Source: Methanobacteriota archaeon (GTDB taxonomy: Archaea; Halobacteriota; Bog-38; Methanoflorentales; Methanoflorentaceae). Taken from it: 64,000 nucleotides of DNA. The notes beneath the pieces were generated by a model. That model did no database searches and was not told the origin of the DNA. It saw only the letters and a program-made list of their open reading frames with translations. The stretch spans positions 1 through 64,000 of the forward strand of contig CAVRAO010000013.1 in assembly GCA_963719035.1 (NCBI GenBank), written 5' to 3'. Of the stretch, positions 1-8,592 are shown one piece after another (within the stretch, counting starts at the first letter, position 1; every line of letters starts with the position of its first letter). The translations under genes were made by a program, and so were the position numbers.

Positions 1-37
1 GGATTATTCAACGCTGTGAATCTGTCATTTCAAAGAG

Positions 38-1231
38 GTGCTCGCGATCAAAACTCAGCTCAGGTTTGTACATCTCAGCGACAGTCACTTAGGCTATCGA
101 CAATATGGATTAAAACGACGTCTGACAGACTGGAGCCGTGCAACTGAAGAGATTGTCAACTACGTCATTAAGAACAAGGTTGATTTTGTTCTGCATAGCG
201 GCGACCTCTTTAACTCAAATTTAGTTGATCACACAACCCTCATTCACGCCATCAAAATACTGAGTCCACTAAAACAAGCCCAAATTCCCTTTTTCGTGAT
301 TGATGGCAATCACGATAGGAGAAAGGGGTCTCAGAGTGACACAGCTAATAACGTGCTCCAATACTTGGAGATCGTCGACTATCTTGGCCCAGAAGAGGAC
401 AATCTCGAAAACGCGATCAGGCAAGTCGGCGACACAAATATCATAGGGCTTGGGTATCACGGCATCTATCTGCGGTCAAAAATTGAGAATTTTTTCAATC
501 AAATGCCGGATGCCCCCAATATTATCTTGTTACACGCCGCAGTTGAGCATCACGTTGCCGAAGGCCCTCCTGATATTTCATTGTCAGAGCTTGAAATACT
601 CAGACCAAAAGCTGCGTATTTGGCGCTCGGACACGCTCATAACAAGTTTCAGATAAATGACTGGATTTTTAACCCAGGGAGCCCAGAATACTACAGATTC
701 ACTGATCAGGAGTATAACAGGGTCTTTTATGACGTGGTGTTGGAAGACGGGGTAGCCGAGGTTTCAGAAGTCGAAGTTCGCAGCGCTCGCCACATGGTTA
801 GTCTCAACGTCGAGCTAGCTAGTAGCGATCAAGCAACTGAAAAGACCCTTGAATTGTTGGACAGAGAGAATAGCGACAATCAACTTGCCGACTCGCTTGT
901 TAGGGTGGTGTTCGGTGGTCAAGCCCCTCCGAATCTAAGCTTGGCCGAGTCAAAAGCAGCAATTGAGGTCCGCTACTCGCCGCTTTACTGTTTGATAATA
1001 GACAATACAGCAAATGACGAAGGCGCGTTTTCTGAAGTCGAGACGTCGATGGATGAACTTGAACTCAAGATGTTTCAACACACTTTTTCCAGCTACGCTC
1101 TGCAAGCACCAGACGTAGCTGAATTTGCGAGAGGTCTCATGAAAGAGATACTCGATACGGGCCCTGCGAGTGCCGAAGACGCCGAAATGATAGCGCAGCA
1201 CGTCTCCAGTTTTCGAAGAGAAACCCTATGA
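38..1231 (+). CDS. mre11: Mre11/SbcD DNA repair exonuclease
   Basis: Metallophosphoesterase motifs DSHLG, GDLF, GNHD, LHAA, LGHAH, NPGSPE; ATGA overlap with rad50. Confidence 0.93.
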   Translation: MLAIKTQLRFVHLSDSHLGYRQYGLKRRLTDWSRATEEIVNYVIKNKVDFVLHSGDLFNSNLVDHTTLIHAIKILSPLKQAQIPFFVIDGNHDRRKGSQSDTANNVLQYLEIVDYLGPEEDNLENAIRQVGDTNIIGLGYHGIYLRSKIENFFNQMPDAPNIILLHAAVEHHVAEGPPDISLSELEILRPKAAYLALGHAHNKFQINDWIFNPGSPEYYRFTDQEYNRVFYDVVLEDGVAEVSEVEVRSARHMVSLNVELASSDQATEKTLELLDRENSDNQLADSLVRVVFGGQAPPNLSLAESKAAIEVRYSPLYCLIIDNTANDEGAFSEVETSMDELELKMFQHTFSSYALQAPDVAEFARGLMKEILDTGPASAEDAEMIAQHVSSFRRETL

Positions 1232-3969
1232 AGATCGATAGCATTCGCCTCAGGAATATTAGGACATTCGTTGATTCGGGCGAAATCCTGTTTGGTGACG
1301 GTACGATTTCCATTTATGGGGAGAACGGCGCAGGAAAGAGTACCATTGTCGATTGTATAGGGCGGGCAATTTTCGGCTTCGACCCGCAGGGCATCAAGTC
1401 AGCGGTAATTGACCATAGAGGGACGAAACACAAGCAAGGCGTGGTAGAATATCTTCTTAGGAAAGGCGCAACTGACGGCGTAATTGAAGTCAAATTCTCC
1501 AGCAATGGAAAGGTGTTCCGCGTTGTAAACAGACTCTCTCGTGCGGCGCCGCAAACGTGGGAGCTGTATATCGACGAAAGGAATTCCAAACTGTTCGGAA
1601 AGGAGGAAATCCACCAGCGAATCATAGATGAGCTTGGCATTTCGACCGTCTACAATGATTCAGCCAGCAGTTTGTTTTCAAATGTCGTTTGTGTGCAACA
1701 AGGCAAGATCATCGATGAGTTCGAGTACAGCGCTCAAGCTCGGAAAGACCATTTTGACAGGGTGCTAGGGTTATACCGTTACAGGCAAGCCTTTGAAGAT
1801 TCGAAGCACGTCAAGAACAACTTCAAAGAACAGGCAATTAAGCAGGATGGCGACGTTCGCGTAATCAAGTCAAGCGTTGAACACCTGGAGAAACAAATCG
1901 AGAGCTTGAAGGAACACGAAGACCAATCGATTATCTTAGAAAACGAGCTCAGAGACATCGAAAAAGAAATAACTTCACTAGAGGCTCGTAAAAAAGTTTT
2001 AGACGAGTTCAGTGAAACAATCATCAACCTCGAACGCGAGCTTCGTGATGCTGAGACTCAAATAGATGCTCTGAAAAGCAATCAGAGCAATGTCGAGAGA
2101 GAACTGGCAGAGAGTCGCCACGCAAAGGAGATAGTTGAAGCCAATCATCAAAATTTTCTAGGATATAACAAAATCTCAGCTGAGCTTCAAACGGTGCGAG
2201 AGCATCTTCGACAAATTGCGAAACTTCAGGAAGACCATTTCGTCAAAAAAGGGGAATATGATCGTCTTGACAATAAAAGGCAGAACAAAATAGCAGACTT
2301 AGATACTTATCGAAACTTCAAAAAAAGAGCAGAAGAGCTCAAAAAACACTCTGACGATTATAACAAGCTTCAGGCTGAATTAGAGACGTTACAAAGTAAC
2401 CAACGGAAATATGAAACCCTCCTGGACAAACTAGACGAAAAGCAGAAAACACTCAACGAATACGATGCTAAAATCAACGCACTTGAGCTAGAACTGCGAA
2501 GTTATGACGCTCTAAAAACAGAAGCTGATCTGTTGGAGGGCTTAAACAAGGAGTATAATGACATAATCGCGCTACTGGGTGAACGAAATGGCCTAAAGCG
2601 GCAATTTGAGAAGGAATTGACAGATCTGTTGGAAGGGGTCTGCCCTTATACCCACGAAACTTGTGAGTCAATCTTGGAGCTCGGGCAAAGGCAGCAGCAA
2701 AAGCTGGAACAGATTCAACAAGATCTGGTCAAACTAGAGTCACAAAAGAAAGAAAAATCGGCAGCAATTGAGCAAGCCGCTGAAGCTGAAAAGCAACTTA
2801 GGATACTCGAAAAGAAGAAATACGAGCTAAATCTTCTAAAGGAGCAAGTTGACAGCGTCAACACCGAAATAAAACGCTTGGTCGCCGAGACTGACGTCAT
2901 AAGAGATTCTTCTGAAACAATCAAAAACACAAAAGCGCTTCTTGATGAGTTGAAACCACTCGCTGACGAGTTCAACTCGATATGGTTTAATCTTCAAAGA
3001 TTTGATGAACTTGTAATTCGGAAAGAGATTTCTGACTTCGAGGAAACGCAATCTCGACTGGTCCAAGCTCTCAAAACAATTGACGAAGAAACGGCGAAGC
3101 TTTCTGAAGCAGGTGGGAACGAAGAAAACGAAACGAGGCTTAGTCAGGAACTGCAAGAAGTGAAACCAGCTTATTATCTTTATTTAGCATCTAAAAGTAG
3201 CGCCGAGAAACTAGAAAACTTAGAGACCAGTTACGATCAACTACGCAGCAGACTTCAGAATTTGGAAGCCCAACGAGCTGAATTGGATAGCAAAGTCCTC
3301 GAAACTAAAGCGGTCTACGATAAACAGGAACACCAGCGGATCATTGAAGAGCTAGATAGGAAACAACGAGTTTTCAACGAAAAAAAAGGTATCCTGACGC
3401 AATTACTCAAACAGATTGATCAAGAAAAGTTAATCGAAAGCGACGTTAAAGAGAAAAAAGAAGATCTAATGGTCGCTGAAGTCGAACTTACTGAAATTGA
3501 ATCCGACGCTACATTTTTTGACGAGGTTCGCGCTAGTTTTAAGAAATTGAGTTCATTACGTCCCGTCTATACGAGAGAGATAAGCAAGCACGCAGAGCGG
3601 TACTGGTCAAGTCTCGTCGGCGCAGGGTCTCAACTGTTTTGGCAGGAAGATTACCTAATCTTCAAAACAATAAATGCTAACGTAATTTCGCTGTACGAAA
3701 TGAGTGGTGGCGAGAAAATATCGGCGTGTCTCAGCGTTCGCCTGGCGCTTCAGGAAGTTATCGGCGGACTCGGCCTTTTCATTCTTGACGAACCTACAGT
3801 ACATCTTGATGAGGAACGCCGTAACAACTTGGCTAGCCAAATAGGTGCAATTAAAGGACTGAGCCAAGTCATCGTCATAAGCCACGACGATGCTTTCCAT
3901 TCGCATACTAGGCAGCAAATCACAATTCAAAGAGGATCTGAAGGTAGTGGCAGCTCTGTTGAATGGTGA
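1228..3969 (+). CDS. rad50: Rad50/SbcC SMC-family ATPase
   Basis: Walker A GENGAGKS, Q-loop VQQG, long coiled coil with central CPYTHETC, signature MSGGE, Walker B ILDEPT, H-loop ISHD. Confidence 0.93.
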   Translation: MKIDSIRLRNIRTFVDSGEILFGDGTISIYGENGAGKSTIVDCIGRAIFGFDPQGIKSAVIDHRGTKHKQGVVEYLLRKGATDGVIEVKFSSNGKVFRVVNRLSRAAPQTWELYIDERNSKLFGKEEIHQRIIDELGISTVYNDSASSLFSNVVCVQQGKIIDEFEYSAQARKDHFDRVLGLYRYRQAFEDSKHVKNNFKEQAIKQDGDVRVIKSSVEHLEKQIESLKEHEDQSIILENELRDIEKEITSLEARKKVLDEFSETIINLERELRDAETQIDALKSNQSNVERELAESRHAKEIVEANHQNFLGYNKISAELQTVREHLRQIAKLQEDHFVKKGEYDRLDNKRQNKIADLDTYRNFKKRAEELKKHSDDYNKLQAELETLQSNQRKYETLLDKLDEKQKTLNEYDAKINALELELRSYDALKTEADLLEGLNKEYNDIIALLGERNGLKRQFEKELTDLLEGVCPYTHETCESILELGQRQQQKLEQIQQDLVKLESQKKEKSAAIEQAAEAEKQLRILEKKKYELNLLKEQVDSVNTEIKRLVAETDVIRDSSETIKNTKALLDELKPLADEFNSIWFNLQRFDELVIRKEISDFEETQSRLVQALKTIDEETAKLSEAGGNEENETRLSQELQEVKPAYYLYLASKSSAEKLENLETSYDQLRSRLQNLEAQRAELDSKVLETKAVYDKQEHQRIIEELDRKQRVFNEKKGILTQLLKQIDQEKLIESDVKEKKEDLMVAEVELTEIESDATFFDEVRASFKKLSSLRPVYTREISKHAERYWSSLVGAGSQLFWQEDYLIFKTINANVISLYEMSGGEKISACLSVRLALQEVIGGLGLFILDEPTVHLDEERRNNLASQIGAIKGLSQVIVISHDDAFHSHTRQQITIQRGSEGSGSSVEW

Positions 3970-4205
3970 GATTGGACCGCCGCTTGAAAAGCTAAACTGC
4001 TTGAGAATTACGCCTTTCGCATATACGTAACAACAAAACGCCATAAGAAAGGGATCTGAGCAGTCACGCTAAAGTGGTCGACCTTTAGACAATTTTAGGG
4101 ATAACAAGCCTTTTTATAGGTCTTAGTGTCACGTAAATGTCGCGTCAAAGTTGGCCTGCGAGGCTCTCATGTTTGTGAGACTATTTGCAGGTGGTATTTT
4201 CGCAG

Positions 4206-4246
4206 AAAAAAAGAAGAGCGTTTAGACTGAGCCCGTCTAACGCTCT
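4206..4246 (-). terminator. Hairpin + U-tract terminator downstream of sod
   Basis: AGAGCGTTTAGAC/GTCTAACGCTCT imperfect stem, followed on the - strand by a T7 run, ~20 nt after the sod stop. Confidence 0.6.
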
Positions 4247-4264
4247 CGTTGTGGTAAATCAGGT

Positions 4265-4909
4265 CTAGAGGACCGCGAACTTACTATCTAAAGCTTCTTC
4301 AAACCGCTTATTAATCCTCTCCCAATTGACGATATTCCAGAACGCTTCGACAAATTTCGGTCGTTCATTCTTGTAATCAAGATAGTAGGCGTGCTCCCAA
4401 ACGTCCAGCACCATTACGATATAAAAGCCGGTATACACATTGACGTTGTGCTTTTCGATCTGCATTATGGCGAGCTGTTTAGTCTGCACATCGATCGCAA
4501 GTGCTGCCCATCCAGAACCCTCAGTGGTTGCTGCTGCTTTGCTGAACTCCGCCTTGAACTGGGCAAAGCTGCCAAATTCCTTGTTTATGGCATCTGCGAG
4601 TTTACCTGTAGGCTCCCCACCGCCACCTCTTCCAGCAGGCGCTAGTGTAGGCCAAAAGATCGAGTGTAGTTGATGGCCGCCAATGTTGAAAGACAACTCT
4701 TTTAGCATAGCCTTAATGTCAATCTCTGCTTTGCTCTTTCGTGCTTCGTCAAGCTTTTTAAAAGCAGCGTTTGCCCCGTTTACGTACGCGAGATGGTGTT
4801 TGTCGTGATGAATCGTAAGTTGTTGTTCAGAGATATATGGCTCTAAACCGTTGTAGTCGTAGGGCAATTTTGGCAAAACATAGGCATTGTCTGTTTCCAT
4901 AGGTTTCAT
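4265..4909 (-). CDS. sod: Fe/Mn superoxide dismutase
   Basis: [30 protein letters not shown] motifs. Confidence 0.97.
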   Translation of the reverse strand: MKPMETDNAYVLPKLPYDYNGLEPYISEQQLTIHHDKHHLAYVNGANAAFKKLDEARKSKAEIDIKAMLKELSFNIGGHQLHSIFWPTLAPAGRGGGGEPTGKLADAINKEFGSFAQFKAEFSKAAATTEGSGWAALAIDVQTKQLAIMQIEKHNVNVYTGFYIVMVLDVWEHAYYLDYKNERPKFVEAFWNIVNWERINKRFEEALDSKFAVL

Positions 4910-5185
4910 CTCCTTTTGTTGTTGTAACTTTAGACCCTATGTGGTAAGATAGTTACGCTTGATTATCGCGGGCTAAGGCTTTGCCACAAAGCTAACCTTC
5001 GAACTAACAATTTTTTTGCCGATTCAGCACAAGCGCTTATACACTTAGCAGGTCGCCGATCGCAGAAAATATTTGCTGCTACAAAGGGATGAGGATATAA
5101 ATAAGAAAAGCTGATTTGTAGGTGCATTTGAGCGTTCTCCATTAGGAGGGCTTATACGGAAGATTAGCTGGTTAGAGGGAGCAGA

Positions 5186-5707
5186 ATGAACACGAGAGAC
5201 GATTGGATTCAGGATGTTATTGCTAATATAGGGCGCGTGGTCGATGCCGCGCTTGCGACAGCGGAAGATCTTTACCAAAGATACGTTCCTGAGCAACAAC
5301 GCTCACAGGCTGAGAATTTATACAAAACGTACGTCCCCGAGATAATGCCAAGGCAGTGGAGCCCAACTAGGACGCCTGATATAGATGTCATCGACCTCGG
5401 CATAGAAATTCATCTCGTGGCGGATCTGCCAGGGGTCAAGAAAGAGGATATTAACATCGAACTTACGCCCGACACTGTGGACATTGCCGCTGAACCACAA
5501 GCTGAGATGGAACCTGAACAGCAGCCGTATACTTGTCGAGAGCGGGGTTGCGCGTATAAACGAAAGATATACCTGCCTGCCTCCGTGATTCCGGAAAAAG
5601 CGAAAGCACGATTCAATAACGGGGTATTAGAAATCACTATGCCCAGAAAAGAGCCTGCCGAAAAGGTGAAAGCCGTAAAAGTCAATATTAAAGATACAGG
5701 TGGATAG
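5186..5707 (+). CDS. Hsp20/alpha-crystallin small heat-shock protein
   Basis: DLPGVKKEDI ... AKARFNNGVLEITMPR alpha-crystallin core. Confidence 0.93.
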   Translation: MNTRDDWIQDVIANIGRVVDAALATAEDLYQRYVPEQQRSQAENLYKTYVPEIMPRQWSPTRTPDIDVIDLGIEIHLVADLPGVKKEDINIELTPDTVDIAAEPQAEMEPEQQPYTCRERGCAYKRKIYLPASVIPEKAKARFNNGVLEITMPRKEPAEKVKAVKVNIKDTGG

Positions 5708-6074
5708 ACGTAAGGGTTGCATAACTAACATCTCTGGGTTCCTAAGAACGAGTTATTATACGTGTGTGCAATAGCATAACACACTAGTATCTTTTTTAGG
5801 CTATGTCGGCTCACGTTACTAGGTCATCTAGCATGCAGCTTTGAGGCGTCACTCTCCGACAAGTTGTAAACGCTATGATTTCGAGCATAACGTTCGTAAA
5901 AATCTGATGAACCTTATCGTGCAAACAAGGCTTCATCATCATTATATTCTCTAAGACGAATATATGTGCTACAGCATAGCGCCGCTAAACAGAGCGTCGC
6001 TCAGATTCTGCTCACTTTAGACAGGGAAATTTTCTCTAACGTGAATAAATGAAACAGGAGCCTCGATAGCTAAA

Positions 6075-8588
6075 ATGGTGCGCTATCCGGCGTTTTCTGC
6101 GCCAACAGAAGAAGAAAAGGTTTTTCCAGAGCTGCTGATACGGATAAGTCTCGAAGGCCGACACGTGGAGTTTCACTCCAGTGAAAACTACGTAGCAGGT
6201 GCACCATCGCGGTTTCAGGCACAGTGCAGACAGGCGATCGATCAGTTTCAACGGGATTTCGCCACGTGGGTCTCAATGAGCCGATCGCCCCGAGGGCCGC
6301 CGTTAAACGTGACCCTAACGGCTAATGCTCGTGCTCTCATGGATGAAACGGATAACGTTGCGTTGGCGAGTGTTGACAACGACGTTGCTTTTGTAAGCTA
6401 CGCATTATTGCGCGACGCGGTACCTGTCGGGTTCCGACTCGGCGTGTTTGAGAGCTTGTTCGGTTTTTTGGCCCGAGAAGACAAAAACGGCGAGAAACTT
6501 CTTCAGGGACTCTCGTTGCCTCTTCTTGTCGAACAGGTTAACGTGTTACGAACGCCGGAGCGTTATGGCATTTTTGCAGATAGAGACTGGTTGAACCTCT
6601 TACAGGCGCATTTGATTAAAGAAAATCCACGGCTGGGCGCGCAAGCGGGGCTGCACGCTGCATCAGCGCCCACTTCTTCCAGCAATCTGATATCACCGTC
6701 ACAAGCGGGAGGAGTGGAGCTTTCAGAGACACAAAAAAGACAAATAGCAGAATTAGCCGCGAGAAACAAGATGGACAAGACGCTTCTCATTCAGAAGATG
6801 CACACCTTGCTCACAATCATCTCGACGGGATTGGGAGAAGATGTTGATATTAAAATCGTTCCTGGTGAATGGTGGGCCTACGACTATGAAACCAACACAA
6901 TAACGTTCCCCCTTCTCGACCTCATCACTGCACCACCGGACAAAATCATAGGCTCACTGTTGCATGAAATCGGCCATTATCAGATAACGCGCGTGGACAA
7001 AAAAAATCCGACCTTCAGACGACTTCTTTCGACGGAATCGTTGCGATTGCTCCTCAACGCGTTTGAAGATCCGCGAGCAAGCAACTGGATGAAAGCCACG
7101 TTCGCTGGAACCACGCGTTATCTTGAACTAATTTACGACGATCTCCTCTCTGAAGACCTAACGTCGACTTCTTACAGTTATAAACTGCAAAAGGAGATCC
7201 AAAAAAGCTCCAATTCAACGATTCAGGCTTATCAGGAGCTCCCCCATCTTGAGTATCTATTATCTGTCCTCTACTTTTGGCGGTTTGGCAGACCCCCTTT
7301 ATACTTTATTAACCCAGAGGTGAGGGCGACTTTCGAGACCACCGCTCCGTTCTTTGAATCTATCTTCACTCATTACCCTCGTGGCCGCGCGTCAGAGCAA
7401 GAAAAGCGTCGTTATGCACGGGAAGCAGCTGAAAACGTGCAGAAGCATATTTTGGAGCCTTACGAAAAGTTGCTCATAAAGAGTGCTGAAAACCTCACTC
7501 TTGGGATTGAGCGTGGGCAGCAACCGCTCGGCGACGGTGAGAACCCCTCTGAGATCAATTTTCAGCAACTGGAGCAAGAGGGGCAAGAGATTCTAGAAAA
7601 AACATCAAAAGAACTTGCTGATCGGCTTTCCGCGAAGCGCGCTGTGCCTGCTTCACTTGAAGCTAATTCCATTGAGAAAAGAATTGGGCAAAACAGAGAC
7701 AGCAGTGAACACGTGCGAATTTCCCCAGAAAAGCCGCACTCTGAGTTCACCCGCCGAGATCTTGTCGCTCAGCGTCGACGCCTCCAATTCGAACGCAGCA
7801 CAGAGACGAACGAATACAACAAGGCGTTTGCTGCGGTATCAGGATTGCTGCAGATACTCGTTGGTACACTGGAGAATGTGCTTACGAAAAACCGCAAGCC
7901 AAATTACGAAGGCTACTACCCTTCCGGCCAAAAACCAGATTTGCGCCGAGTGATGGATGTTACGCGAAAAATACAACAGGGGTTACCAACGACTAAGAAA
8001 GATTTCGACGTGTTTTTAAAGCGCCGGCGGCCAACTCACTTAGATCACCGAATTATGTTGCTCTTAGACGAATCAGGTTCAATGCAGGAGCCAAAACGAA
8101 CTGCTGCGTTACAAGGGGTCTTGCTCTTTATGGAAGCGTTCGATTATCTTGGGATTGACTACGCGATCATCGGCTTTGCGGACGCGCCCATCGTCCATAA
8201 GCCGTTTGGCGACAATTTCACCCAGCGTGAACGCGAGCACTTATTTGAGGACGTATCTCAGTTCATTCCTTTTGGGGCGACGGCAGATGCTGACGCCCTA
8301 GCCCTGGGTATTGAGCTTTTCGAACGAGAACCTGAAGATGTTTATCGTCTCATAATCGTCGTCTCAGACGGTGAGGGAAACGTCAATAGTACTGGTCTTA
8401 CCTTTAAGGAACTGCAAGACGTTGCTGAAACGAAATCTATTCAGGTGGTTGGGATCGGTATAGGAGAACATGTCAAATCAATACATACACGTTATGACCG
8501 TCCGATACAAGTCGCGACAGTTGACGAATTGCCTAGGACACTGGGCAGTGTGCTTGAGCAAGAGGTGATCGCAGATTCGTTACACTGA
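6075..8588 (+). CDS. HExxH-containing VWA/MIDAS domain protein (CobT/midasin C-terminus-like)
   Basis: LLHEIGH...NAFEDPR in the middle; C-terminal VWA with DESGSM (DxSxS), conserved T (GATAD) and D (VSDGEG). Confidence 0.85.
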   Translation: MVRYPAFSAPTEEEKVFPELLIRISLEGRHVEFHSSENYVAGAPSRFQAQCRQAIDQFQRDFATWVSMSRSPRGPPLNVTLTANARALMDETDNVALASVDNDVAFVSYALLRDAVPVGFRLGVFESLFGFLAREDKNGEKLLQGLSLPLLVEQVNVLRTPERYGIFADRDWLNLLQAHLIKENPRLGAQAGLHAASAPTSSSNLISPSQAGGVELSETQKRQIAELAARNKMDKTLLIQKMHTLLTIISTGLGEDVDIKIVPGEWWAYDYETNTITFPLLDLITAPPDKIIGSLLHEIGHYQITRVDKKNPTFRRLLSTESLRLLLNAFEDPRASNWMKATFAGTTRYLELIYDDLLSEDLTSTSYSYKLQKEIQKSSNSTIQAYQELPHLEYLLSVLYFWRFGRPPLYFINPEVRATFETTAPFFESIFTHYPRGRASEQEKRRYAREAAENVQKHILEPYEKLLIKSAENLTLGIERGQQPLGDGENPSEINFQQLEQEGQEILEKTSKELADRLSAKRAVPASLEANSIEKRIGQNRDSSEHVRISPEKPHSEFTRRDLVAQRRRLQFERSTETNEYNKAFAAVSGLLQILVGTLENVLTKNRKPNYEGYYPSGQKPDLRRVMDVTRKIQQGLPTTKKDFDVFLKRRRPTHLDHRIMLLLDESGSMQEPKRTAALQGVLLFMEAFDYLGIDYAIIGFADAPIVHKPFGDNFTQREREHLFEDVSQFIPFGATADADALALGIELFEREPEDVYRLIIVVSDGEGNVNSTGLTFKELQDVAETKSIQVVGIGIGEHVKSIHTRYDRPIQVATVDELPRTLGSVLEQEVIADSLH

Positions 8589-8592
8589 CTCG

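Noticed and set aside
38-3969. mre11-rad50 together with the HerA-like gene as a defence island
   Set aside because: The genes are 34 kb apart with no other defence markers; DNA repair is the simpler explanation
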